From: an uncultured Clostridia bacterium
Lineage (GTDB): Bacteria; Bacillota; Clostridia; TANB77; CAG-508
Assembly (NCBI GenBank): GCA_948676835.1
Contig: CAPOZU010000001.1
Coordinates: 193,250-257,249 of the forward strand
DNA length: 64,000 nucleotides
Reading direction: 5' to 3'
Shown here: positions 20,001-29,388 of the stretch, piece after piece
Position numbering within the stretch: the first letter of the stretch is position 1
Layout: each line of letters begins with the position of its first letter
Notes under the pieces: generated by a model
What the model was told of the DNA's origin: nothing
Database searches by the model: none
Seen by the model: the letters and a program-made list of their open reading frames with translations, nothing else
Position numbers and translations under genes: made by a program

Positions 20001-20533
20001 TAATAAAAATCCTCCTTCCTAAAACTTTTATTTAATTTTTCTAAGCCTTGTTTTAGTCGTGATTTAACAGTTGGCACTTTTTCATCAAGTATTTTAGCTA
20101 TATCTCTAATTTTTAAGTCTTCATAATATTTTAAAATAATTACTTCTTTTTGTTTTTCTGGTAATTCACTTAAAGCCTTCATAATTATATCTTTTTGTTC
20201 AAAAGTTCCCATTTCTTTTAAAGTGCTTTCGTCAGAAGTAGCGTTATCTAATTCTTCAAACTGCGTATTATTCTTATAAAAATAACTATTACATACATTT
20301 ATTGCAATTGTAACTATATAATTTTTTAGTTTTCCTTTATGTTCATAATTTTCTATATATTTAATTACTCTTAAAAATGTTTCTTGTGTTAAATCATGAG
20401 AAATCGAGGCATTTCCTGTTTTGTAGTAGCAAAATTTATAAATATTATCATAGTATTTTTGAATTAATTCTTCTAGTAATTCTTTTTCACCATGCTGTAT
20501 TCTATAAATTAGTTCTTTATCTTCCAAAAACAA
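20000..20533 (-). CDS. RNA polymerase ECF-type sigma-70 factor
   Basis: Region 2 (HDLTQETFLRVIKYI) and region 4 (LKIRDIAKILDEKVPTVKSRLKQG). Confidence 0.75.
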   Translation of the reverse strand: MFLEDKELIYRIQHGEKELLEELIQKYYDNIYKFCYYKTGNASISHDLTQETFLRVIKYIENYEHKGKLKNYIVTIAINVCNSYFYKNNTQFEELDNATSDESTLKEMGTFEQKDIIMKALSELPEKQKEVIILKYYEDLKIRDIAKILDEKVPTVKSRLKQGLEKLNKSFRKEDFY

Positions 20534-20608
20534 TACCTCCTTCTTTCATAAATGCATTTACATATAATATAACCTTAAAAATGAAAAAAAAGATTTAAAA
20601 TTTTCTAA

Positions 20609-20637
20609 TGAAATTTAGGGACGTTCCTCAAATTTCA
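20609..20637. repeat. 29-bp palindrome copy E
   Basis: tgaaatttagggacGTTCCTCAAATTTCA. Confidence 0.85.
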
Positions 20638-20665
20638 TTAGCAAAACTTTGATAAAAAATCAAAA

Positions 20666-20692
20666 TCTCGCTAACACTAACTGCTAGCGAGA
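20666..20692 (-). terminator. asnS terminator hairpin
   Basis: TCTCGCTA...TAGCGAGA stem. T-rich on the minus strand. Confidence 0.65.
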
Positions 20693-20703
20693 CATTTTAA
20701 TTA

Positions 20704-20732
20704 TGAAATTTGAGGAACGTCCCTAAATTTCA
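20704..20732. repeat. 29-bp palindrome copy F, abutting the asnS stop codon
   Basis: tgaaatttgaggaacGTCCCTAAATTTCA. The asnS TAA stop begins at 20733. Confidence 0.85.
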
Positions 20733-22124
20733 TTAAAATTCACAATTTTTTGGTGTTCTTGGGAAAGGAATAACATCACGAATATTTTGCATTCCTGTGA
20801 TGTACATTATTAATCTTTCAAATCCAAGACCAAATCCTGAGTGAGGAACACTTCCATATTTTCTTAAATCTAAGTACCACCAATAATCTTGTTCATCCAT
20901 ATTTAAATCTTTTATTTTGTTTTGTAAAATTTCTAAACTATCTTCTCTTTGGCTTCCACCAATTATTTCTCCAATTCCTGGTGCTAAAAGGTCAGCTGCT
21001 GCAACAGTTTTTCCATCTGGATTTAATTTCATGTAAAATGCTTTTATCTCTGCTGGATAATCTGTTACAAATACGGGCTTTTTAAATATTTGTTCACTTA
21101 AATATCTTTCATGTTCTGTTTGAAGATCTGTTCCCCAAGATACTTTATATTCAAATTTATCGTTTACTTTTTCTAATTCTTTTACAGCATCTGTATAAGA
21201 AATTCTTCCAAATTCTGATTTTACTAAATTATGAAGTCTTTCAAGTAATGTTTTATCTATAAAATTATTGAAAAATTCCATTTCTTCTGGACAGTTTTCT
21301 AAAACATAATTTATAACATATTTTAGCATATTTTCTGCTAAATCCATATCATCTTTTAAATCTGCAAAACAAATCTCTGGTTCTATCATCCAGAATTCTG
21401 CTGCATGTTTTACAGTATTTGAATTTTCAGCTCTAAATGTTGGACCAAAAGTATAAACATTTCTAAATGCAAAAGCATATGTTTCAACATTAAGTTGTCC
21501 ACTAACTGTAAGATGAGCTGGTTTTCCAAAAAAGTCTTTTGAAAAATCTACTGTTCCATCTTCTAATTTATCAACATTTTGTAAATCAAATGTGTTTAAA
21601 TTGAACATTTCTCCTGCACCTTCTGCATCACTTCCTGTGATTATTGGTGTATGAACATATACAAAATTATTTTCTTGGAAAAATTTGTGTATGGCATATG
21701 AAGCTGCAGAACGAACTCTAAATACTGCATTAAATGTATTTGTTCTAGGTCTTAAATGAGCTATTGTTCTTAAATATTCCATTGAATGTCTTTTCTTTTG
21801 TAATGGATATTCTGGATCTGAAAGTGCAATAATTTCAACACTTTTTGCTTTTACTTCAAAAGGTTGTTTTGCATTTTCAGTTTTTACTAAATCTCCAATA
21901 ACTGTAATTGATGAGCTTAATGTTAACTTACAAATTTCATCAAAATTACTTAAAGTGTTATCAAAAACAACTTGTAAATTTTTGAAGAATGAACCATCAT
22001 TAATCTCAATAAATCCAAATGTTTTAGAATCTCTAACTGTTCTAACCCATCCAGATACTTTTATTTCTTTTGAATAATAATTTTCTGATTTTCTATATAA
22101 ATCTTTAATTATAACACTATCCAT
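20733..22124 (-). CDS. asnS: asparagine--tRNA ligase
   Basis: 463 aa class II aaRS with N-terminal OB anticodon-binding domain and motifs 1-3 (FRVRS, GFERLIM). Confidence 0.9.
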   Translation of the reverse strand: MDSVIIKDLYRKSENYYSKEIKVSGWVRTVRDSKTFGFIEINDGSFFKNLQVVFDNTLSNFDEICKLTLSSSITVIGDLVKTENAKQPFEVKAKSVEIIALSDPEYPLQKKRHSMEYLRTIAHLRPRTNTFNAVFRVRSAASYAIHKFFQENNFVYVHTPIITGSDAEGAGEMFNLNTFDLQNVDKLEDGTVDFSKDFFGKPAHLTVSGQLNVETYAFAFRNVYTFGPTFRAENSNTVKHAAEFWMIEPEICFADLKDDMDLAENMLKYVINYVLENCPEEMEFFNNFIDKTLLERLHNLVKSEFGRISYTDAVKELEKVNDKFEYKVSWGTDLQTEHERYLSEQIFKKPVFVTDYPAEIKAFYMKLNPDGKTVAAADLLAPGIGEIIGGSQREDSLEILQNKIKDLNMDEQDYWWYLDLRKYGSVPHSGFGLGFERLIMYITGMQNIRDVIPFPRTPKNCEF

Positions 22125-22184
22125 AAGTATTCCTCCACTATTAATCTTGAAACATTATATAAGAATATTTACAAATTTTCAATA

Positions 22185-23054
22185 CTATTTATTAAATACA
22201 AATCTTTCTGTTTCTTCTATAAATTCAAATCCAACTTTTTCATACACACTTTTTGCAGCTTCGTTTGTTGATAAAACATGTAATGTAATATAATTATATC
22301 CCTCTTCTAATAGTCTTTTTGATAAAGCATAAATACATTTTTTCCCATATCCTTTTCCCCTAAACTCTTTTGGAGAAATAACAGCACCTATTGTGCATCC
22401 ATTTATTTGTTTTCTAACAGTTACTGCATGACAAAAAACATTTTCCTCACTATTATCTGTTAAAATATATAGTCCTTTTTTTAAATAAATATTTGCAATT
22501 CTTAAAGCTTCTTCATCTGAACATGCCTCAACTCCAGATATATCTGTATGAATATCTTTAACAATCTGACTCATTTTTCCCATATCTGAATTTTCAAAAT
22601 TAAGCTTGATTAATTTTTCGTTTTCTTCTAAAACATGCTCTTGTTTCAATTTTTTTAAAGCCAAAGTATATATTATACTATTTTCGATAATTATTTTTTT
22701 AGATTTTTCTACATAACTTTCTGCTATTATTGAAGAAAATTTCTTATCTCCAAATACTTGGTCTAAATTGATATTTAAATTTACAATATTATCAACAAAA
22801 AATTCTATTTCTTCTTTTGATATATCTCCTGTAGGACAATAAAAAAGTAATCCTTGTTTATCATCATCTGCTAAAAATACCATTTTTACTTCATTATTAT
22901 TTTCAATTCTTCCAAGAAACCAATTATTAACTTTTTCATCATTATGCTCAAGAACAATTCCTAGCATAAGCTCATTTTTGTATTCTTCCTTTAATAGAAT
23001 TTCTAGATTTTCGTTTAAAAAATCTTTTTTACTTTCATATTTTACAAATTTCAT
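22185..23054 (-). CDS. GNAT family N-acetyltransferase
   Basis: C-terminal acetyl-CoA-binding pattern RGKGYGKKCIYALS...GFEF. Confidence 0.6.
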   Translation of the reverse strand: MKFVKYESKKDFLNENLEILLKEEYKNELMLGIVLEHNDEKVNNWFLGRIENNNEVKMVFLADDDKQGLLFYCPTGDISKEEIEFFVDNIVNLNINLDQVFGDKKFSSIIAESYVEKSKKIIIENSIIYTLALKKLKQEHVLEENEKLIKLNFENSDMGKMSQIVKDIHTDISGVEACSDEEALRIANIYLKKGLYILTDNSEENVFCHAVTVRKQINGCTIGAVISPKEFRGKGYGKKCIYALSKRLLEEGYNYITLHVLSTNEAAKSVYEKVGFEFIEETERFVFNK

Positions 23055-23100
23055 TTAAATACCATACAATAAATTTATTATACTTTTCCTTTCTTTATTA

Positions 23101-24270
23101 TTATGCTTCATCTATCCATAAACGGTATTTACCACAGTGGCTACACTTAAATAAATATCCAGTCATGCTTCCATCTCTTTCAAGACATTCTTTTATATCT
23201 TCTAACGAAAATTTATTTTTATTCTCACTTACATAATTTTTTAATACTTCATCTGTTATTCCTAATTCGTCTAATTCTTCTATTCCTACTCTTCCTAAAT
23301 ATTGGCAATAATCATCACAACAAGCAAGCCAATATTCACCTTGCCATGAAATATATCCTGGTGTTCTATGAAATAATTCATCTCTCTTTTTAGAATCAGT
23401 TACGTATTCTGCATCTTGTATAAATTCTGCATCAAACTTTTTAGCTGCTTCACCATTTGATACACATTCTAAGCAAATACAATCAACATCACTTCTACTG
23501 TAAATGTTTTCAATGTATGCTTCCACTTCTCTTCCACAGCATTGACATATTTCTTCTTCAAAAATTACAATATCATCATCACTTAAATTTGGATGATACT
23601 TAAAGCTTGATAATAATTTAATTATATCATTATTAGATTTTTTCTTTATTTTCATACTATTTGAATTACTATTTATTAACTTTTCAATATATTTATGGTC
23701 ACTTCTAAATAAATCATTAATTTTAATGTTATATATTGTATCTTCAATTATAAATTCTGGCTTCATAGTAACTGCTGAGACTAACATTTCATATAATTTT
23801 CCTACATCTGTTTCAAATTTATTTTCTTCAATAAAATCTTCAATTGCTTTATCTTGTGATGATGTTCCACTTGAAAGAAAATTCCAGTCTTCATAACTTT
23901 CTTCAAAATTTTTTTGGCTAGCAAGATCTTGGCTAGTAAAATAATGTATTAATGATTTACATGTTAAAAGCAAATTAAAAAATTCTCTAACATTTCTTGA
24001 TAAAATTCCACAAAGTTGAGCACTTCTATTACCAGCTATATAAGCCACATATTCATCATCAACTAATATAAAAATTCCATTTCTACTATCACGTCCAAAT
24101 GGATAAATTTTATTATCGCATTTTCTATCTTTTAATAATCGATTTATATTTTCTTGTAGTACATTTTCCTTTTCAAAATTAAAATCGCACTCTTCATAAA
24201 TTGCATCTTGTAATATTTTATTTTCAAATATTTGATTTTTAAAATATTCTAGCATTTCTATTTCTGTCAT
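23101..24270 (-). CDS. CbrC/UPF0167-family domain protein with a roughly 230-aa N-terminal extension
   Basis: C-terminal CQCCGREVEAYIENIYS...CICLECVSNGEAAKKFDAEF matches the CbrC pattern (CxCC...YxY, C..C..G.AA..FDA.F). Confidence 0.5.
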   Translation of the reverse strand: MTEIEMLEYFKNQIFENKILQDAIYEECDFNFEKENVLQENINRLLKDRKCDNKIYPFGRDSRNGIFILVDDEYVAYIAGNRSAQLCGILSRNVREFFNLLLTCKSLIHYFTSQDLASQKNFEESYEDWNFLSSGTSSQDKAIEDFIEENKFETDVGKLYEMLVSAVTMKPEFIIEDTIYNIKINDLFRSDHKYIEKLINSNSNSMKIKKKSNNDIIKLLSSFKYHPNLSDDDIVIFEEEICQCCGREVEAYIENIYSRSDVDCICLECVSNGEAAKKFDAEFIQDAEYVTDSKKRDELFHRTPGYISWQGEYWLACCDDYCQYLGRVGIEELDELGITDEVLKNYVSENKNKFSLEDIKECLERDGSMTGYLFKCSHCGKYRLWIDEA

Positions 24271-24291
24271 ACAAAATTCTCCTTCCTAATT

Positions 24292-25503
24292 CTAAAAATA
24301 ATCAGATATATATGGAACATCTTGTCCAATAGAATTTTCAAGCATTTCAACAATTTTCTTATCAGCTTTTATTCTACCAATTTTATATAAATATTCTGGT
24401 CTTTTATATCCCATAAGCATTGTAGTCATTGTTTGTATACTAATTTCATCATCACAATGCTCAGAAATCTTTTCAGCAGTTGCTTTTCCATTTTTATCTA
24501 TAGTAAGGCAAAAGTTCCCTTGATTTTCTTCTAGCATTGGATCTGTAAGAACAAATTTCCATGTTCTAGTTTCTAAATCACTTTTTTTGAAATTATATTC
24601 TTTTACAAATTCTATAAAGTCTACAATTCTTGCCATATAATATGGTGAAATAACTTCTTTTATACTTGAATCTTCTAATAGAAATGATAATTTTTCATCA
24701 GTATAAGTATTTCCTTCAACCTTATCTATCATTGAAAAATGTGCTGATACAAAGTTCCATAATCCAACACGTGCTTCTTCATTATTAAATATCATATCTT
24801 TAATATGAAATACTTCATCTGCAATCCAATATATAATATACCCATCTGGTTCATTGTTTTTATTATAGTATATTGCAGCCATCATATCATCTGGATCCCA
24901 TAACCAATATTCATTCCAAGCCAAATCATCTCTTAATACTGCTCCATGTGTATGCATAGCAAATTTTGTATAAGTTTCTTTTAACTCTTCACTATCATAT
25001 TTTACACGTCTTACATCTCCTGCCACTTGATGATTTTTTGGTAATTGATAATCTGCTATTTCATATGTTATTTTATTCGAAATTATCTCCCAACCTTTTC
25101 TTCTATAATATGGAATTGAATATGGAAATAAATATGTTATATATTGTCCCCTTTGCTTCATCTTCCTTAAAGCTGTTTCTAATAGTTTATGCATTAAACC
25201 TTGATTTGAATATTCTGGATAAGTTCCAACTCCTGTAAGTCCACCCATACAATATGTTTTACCAAAAATTCTTACTTGCATAGGATAAACAGCCACTTGT
25301 GATACAAGTGTATCATTATCAAACCAACCTATAACATCTGCCCTTTTAAATGTTGGAAATTTAGCTCTAATAATTTCCTTTTCTTCCCAATCAATTGAGC
25401 TTAACTCTTGGTCTGTTACCTGAAAAACATATCTTAAAAGAGCGTTGTATTGTTCCATATATTCGTTTCCAACTTCTTTCATTTTAAGGTTTTTCTTATT
25501 CAT
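24292..25503 (-). CDS. Eis-like GNAT acetyltransferase (GNAT plus SCP2-like C-terminus)
   Basis: 403 aa with GNAT core and the C-terminal fold typical of enhanced-intracellular-survival-like proteins. Confidence 0.55.
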   Translation of the reverse strand: MNKKNLKMKEVGNEYMEQYNALLRYVFQVTDQELSSIDWEEKEIIRAKFPTFKRADVIGWFDNDTLVSQVAVYPMQVRIFGKTYCMGGLTGVGTYPEYSNQGLMHKLLETALRKMKQRGQYITYLFPYSIPYYRRKGWEIISNKITYEIADYQLPKNHQVAGDVRRVKYDSEELKETYTKFAMHTHGAVLRDDLAWNEYWLWDPDDMMAAIYYNKNNEPDGYIIYWIADEVFHIKDMIFNNEEARVGLWNFVSAHFSMIDKVEGNTYTDEKLSFLLEDSSIKEVISPYYMARIVDFIEFVKEYNFKKSDLETRTWKFVLTDPMLEENQGNFCLTIDKNGKATAEKISEHCDDEISIQTMTTMLMGYKRPEYLYKIGRIKADKKIVEMLENSIGQDVPYISDYF

Positions 25504-25816
25504 TATAAAATTTTCCTTTCTTAATATATCTCGTAATCAATTTTTTATTAATGTTAATATTAGAATAATATCATACATCTTTGATGAATACAATATACAA
25601 AAGTGTGCTATATTCTATACAATTCTTCTGTTGTATGATATGATAATGATAAGGAATTGGAAGTAAAATAGAACATCTAATTTCTTTTTTATGAAAAGCT
25701 TGGTTTTGAGAGAATTGAAGAAACTCAATATTTAGTAAGAAAAATATAAAATTTCCAATATGAAGAATATTAATTATTAATAAAAAATTCACATATTAAA
25801 TTATTTAAAAAAAGTA

Positions 25817-25845
25817 TTGACTTTTTCAACTTATCGAGTTATAAT
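25817..25845 (+). promoter_or_regulatory. sigma-A consensus promoter for tRNA-Pro
   Basis: TTGACT-17 nt-TATAAT exactly, about 22 nt upstream of the mature tRNA 5' end. Confidence 0.75.
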
Positions 25846-25867
25846 AATCGATGTCTGTAAAAGATAT

Positions 25868-25943
25868 CGAGGTGTAGCGCAGTTGGTAGCGCGCGTGGTT
25901 TGGGACCATGAGGTCGCAGGTTCGATCCCTGTCACCTCGACCA
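25868..25943 (+). tRNA. tRNA-Pro (anticodon UGG), CCA encoded
   Basis: Hand-folded cloverleaf: acceptor CGAGGTG/CACCTCG, anticodon loop TTTGGGA, T-arm GGTTCGATCC. Confidence 0.85.
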
Positions 25944-25975
25944 TATAAGAGAGTTTTTAAACTCTCTTATTTTTT
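25944..25975 (+). terminator. tRNA terminator hairpin doubling as the att core (attL)
   Basis: AAGAGAG ttttta AACTCTCTT plus T8. The same core recurs at 27391, 27750 and 44261. Confidence 0.7.
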
Positions 25976-26165
25976 TTGCAAAATTTCTCAAACTTTGATA
26001 TTTCAAGCCTTTTCAGTAATTAGACTTTTTCAAACTTTCTTGGAATTTCTCAAAATTTAGTAAAATTTCTGCACATTAACTCGACAAAACTTTGACATTT
26101 TTTCTTTGTCGAGTTAATTTTAACAATTTATAACTCGACAAAGATTTTTGTTGATATTTCAATAG

Positions 26166-27335
26166 TTACAGAGTAATTCCGTCATCAAAAAAGCCTTTTT
26201 CTAAATAATATTCTTCTAGTTTATCTGACTCGTTTTGTTTATATTCTTCGGTTAAATCAACATATGTATTTAGAGTAGTTGAAATATCTGTATGTCCAAC
26301 CATATCTTTTAATGCACCTAAATTCATATGTGCTTCATTACATCTTGTTGCATAAGTATGTCTTAAACTATGTGTTGATATATCTGTTATATTAAAGTTT
26401 GTTTCTAATATTTTTTTCAATTTACGATTCACATTTCTGCTATCTACATAATTACCCTTTGGACTTAAAAATAGCATACCATTATCATTATTTTCTGCAA
26501 TTTTTAATTGTTCAATAACACACATTCTTATTCTTTTTGGAATTGGTAAAATTCTATTTCCAGCATAAGTTTTTGTTGTATCTCCCATAATTACTTTTCC
26601 GTCTCCGTCTGTTGTTAAAGTTTTATTTATTCTTATAAAGTTTATATCAGTATTAACATCTTTTTTTGATAGTGCCAAGACTTCTCCAATTCGTAATCCC
26701 ATATACATTTGAATTAGAAATATATTTTTATAATTTTCATCTTTTACATCTAATTTTAGCAGTAAATTTGTAAAGTCTTGTTGTTCTTTAATATTTAATG
26801 CTCGCACCTTTTTTGTTTTTTTATTACTTTTAGGCTTAAATACTTCAGTCATTGGATTTTGTGTAATATAGCCTTTATTTTTAGCATACAAAAAAGCATT
26901 AGTAAACTGTTCAAATATTTTTTTCAAGTATGAATTACTATAATGTTTTAATGAATTTAGATAGCCTTGTATTTCCTCAGTAGACAATTCATCCACTTTT
27001 TTATGTGAAACATTAGAAGTTGATATTAAATTAATTGTTTTAGTTATTCTAGAATATTGACTATCAGAAATTACATTTGAATCATGTTTCCTTTTTGCAT
27101 TTGTTTTCATTATTTCAATTAATGGAATACCGTTATCTTTTATGTATATCGGATTCTCCATTTGACACATTATGCAGTCTAAATAATCTTCAGCTTCTTT
27201 TCTGGTAGGAAAACTTTTTTGTCTTTTTACAACCTTATTTTTTTCATAACTAAATTCATAGTATTGAGCTATAAAGTTATCTCTTCTTTTGTCATAATAA
27301 ACACTACCTATACTTTTTTTCTTTTTTGGTGGCAT
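26166..27335 (-). CDS. int: tyrosine-type site-specific integrase (arm-binding N-terminus plus catalytic domain)
   Basis: HSLRHTYAT...HTDISTTLNTYVDL catalytic motifs. Three AACTCGACAAA arm-type repeats in the 26070-26150 flank. Confidence 0.85.
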   Translation of the reverse strand: MPPKKKKSIGSVYYDKRRDNFIAQYYEFSYEKNKVVKRQKSFPTRKEAEDYLDCIMCQMENPIYIKDNGIPLIEIMKTNAKRKHDSNVISDSQYSRITKTINLISTSNVSHKKVDELSTEEIQGYLNSLKHYSNSYLKKIFEQFTNAFLYAKNKGYITQNPMTEVFKPKSNKKTKKVRALNIKEQQDFTNLLLKLDVKDENYKNIFLIQMYMGLRIGEVLALSKKDVNTDINFIRINKTLTTDGDGKVIMGDTTKTYAGNRILPIPKRIRMCVIEQLKIAENNDNGMLFLSPKGNYVDSRNVNRKLKKILETNFNITDISTHSLRHTYATRCNEAHMNLGALKDMVGHTDISTTLNTYVDLTEEYKQNESDKLEEYYLEKGFFDDGITL

Positions 27336-27442
27336 TTTTTCACTCCTTCAAAATAAATTTGCAAAGTGAAAATGCTTTCAAAGTGTGCAAAAAGAGAGTT
27401 CTAAAACTCTCTTTTGCTTATAAATATTAAATTGTTATACAT

Positions 27443-27694
27443 TTATCTTTCATCATTAGTTTTATTCTCTGTTAATGGTAATTTTTGAACATTATCTATT
27501 TTTTGATACTCAGTTTCATTAGAAGAACATAATATTGAGTGTGCAAATCTAATCGCGTCTTTTCTTGTTTTGAAAAATTTTTGTTTTCTTATTAATTTAT
27601 TTTGTTCATAATCTTTCTCATAATATATTAGGCTAATTTTCTTATTTTTCCTACAAACGCATATAGTAGGCTTAAGATTTCTTTTTGAAAACAT
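27443..27694 (-). pseudogene. integrase N-terminal (arm-binding domain) fragment, remnant of a tandem element
   Basis: 83 aa similar only to the first 80 aa of the integrases. Its 100-bp upstream region (27695-27802) duplicates 27336-27442 at about 95% identity. Confidence 0.5.
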
Positions 27695-27802
27695 ATTATC
27701 ACTCCTTTAAAACAAATTTGCAAAGTGAAAATGCTTCTAAAGTGTGCAAAAAGAGAGTTCTAAAAACTCTCTTTTGCTTATAAATATTAAATTGTTATAA
27801 TT

Positions 27803-28981
27803 TTATCTTTCGTTTTCTTCATCTCTTTCGTTGATGTAATTATTTAAAAAATCTATACCTTGAAGAAATGATTTTGTTTCTTCTAATGTTTCAAAATCTT
27901 TTTTACATTGAATTGTATACTTATCCTTTAAAGATAATGTTTTTCCATAATTCAAATCATCAATTTCGCCATTTACAACTAATCCTTTTTTATCTTTAGA
28001 AAATATCTTTTTATTAATTCTTTTTGTTTTACTCAATATATATTGCTTATTTTGGTCAATTTTTAATTTGTTGTTTTCATAATAATCTAATAATTCATTG
28101 ATATTCATACTTAATAATTTATTACTAGATGTTTTATAAATATCATTTAATCTATTGTGGCTTTGCATATCTTCAATATGTCTTTGCATATATGTACCTC
28201 TTAATCCATGTATTAAAATTCTCTCTTCACGCAAATAATTTTTGAAAATTTTATGTATCATAAATCTAGCTTTAGCATTATTGTAATTATAAAATAAATA
28301 ATTCTCTTTATTTTGTATTGAATCGTTATATTGTTTCATTAGGTTTTCTCTTAAAAAATTTGGAATTTGTAAAGTCCTAGAAGTATATTCATTTGAAGAA
28401 TCTATTTTCATAATATTATCATCAAAATTAATGTCGTCTGGTGCTAATTGGCTAATTTCTCCTGTTCTTAATCCCATATATAACTGCAATAAATAAGCTG
28501 TCTTATATGGTTCTTTTATTATATTAGTTTTTAAAAGTAAGTTAGTAAATCTTTTTTGTGCTGTAATAGATAGAGCAACTGGAAATGTTGTTCTTTTTCT
28601 ATAATTACAAAGCATTGAAATATGTTTAGTCATACTATCATCAAATATATTTTCATCAATATAATTTTGAGATTTTGCAAGTTCAAATCCTCTTTTCATT
28701 AATGAAACATTTTTCTTAATATATGAATTACTACAATCTTTCATTGAATTAAAAAATGTTGCAATATAATTTGTTGTTATCTCAGATATATTTGTATGTC
28801 CAAAAAATTTTTCAATTCTATCTATTAGTACTTTGTCTGTTTCGTAATGTATACGAGAACTTATAGAGTTTTTAGGATTTTTTTCAATTTCCTCTTTTAA
28901 CACATCTACTAAAGAAATATCTTTTTTTGAATCTGACATATAATCACTCCTTAAAATTAATTTGTAAAGTGATACTGTCAA
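27803..28981 (-). CDS. divergent tyrosine recombinase/integrase
   Basis: LYMGLRTGE (box I-like) and HGLRGTY (box II-like). Same upstream RBS and promoter sequence as int1. Confidence 0.5.
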   Translation of the reverse strand: MTVSLYKLILRSDYMSDSKKDISLVDVLKEEIEKNPKNSISSRIHYETDKVLIDRIEKFFGHTNISEITTNYIATFFNSMKDCSNSYIKKNVSLMKRGFELAKSQNYIDENIFDDSMTKHISMLCNYRKRTTFPVALSITAQKRFTNLLLKTNIIKEPYKTAYLLQLYMGLRTGEISQLAPDDINFDDNIMKIDSSNEYTSRTLQIPNFLRENLMKQYNDSIQNKENYLFYNYNNAKARFMIHKIFKNYLREERILIHGLRGTYMQRHIEDMQSHNRLNDIYKTSSNKLLSMNINELLDYYENNKLKIDQNKQYILSKTKRINKKIFSKDKKGLVVNGEIDDLNYGKTLSLKDKYTIQCKKDFETLEETKSFLQGIDFLNNYINERDEENER

Positions 28982-28998
28982 TCAATATAATTATTTTG

Positions 28999-29268
28999 CT
29001 ACTGTCTTTTTTCCATTTTCCAAATAAGATACGCAAGAAGAGTAATTGTTTTTGTTTTTCCAATATTTATTGAAGGGAAATCATCTCGCCTAAAAAGTTC
29101 ATTTGTTAAATTTTCTCCCATTTTTAAATCTTTTGCTACATCAGCAACAGTAAGGTTTAAAAATGGATTTTTTACTCTCTTCATTGCGTTTAAAATCATT
29201 AGTTCTTTTAAAGAATAAGCATGAGGTTCTTCTTTAGCATTTGTTAAATTTTCTAATTCATTTTGCAT
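28999..29268 (-). CDS. xis: excisionase-like/HTH DNA-binding protein
   Basis: 89 aa. Paralogous to 62891-63172, with shared NPFKNLTVxDVxKDL...NDFPSxNIGKTKTxTxLAYLxWKM. Confidence 0.5.
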   Translation of the reverse strand: MQNELENLTNAKEEPHAYSLKELMILNAMKRVKNPFLNLTVADVAKDLKMGENLTNELFRRDDFPSINIGKTKTITLLAYLIWKMEKRQ

Positions 29269-29388
29269 TAATTAACACCCCCTAATTTTTCAATTAATTT
29301 TAAAAGTGTAAGTTGAGCTTGTACAACTTCAACTAATGTTTCTTTTGTATCAATATTATTAAGCTTTTTATTATGTATATTAGGCAAA

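Noticed and set aside
25445-25792. Two overlapping 73-aa ORFs in the gap between the Eis-like gene and tRNA-Pro
   Set aside because: The region is AT-rich and intergenic, there is no RBS, and it houses the tRNA promoter.
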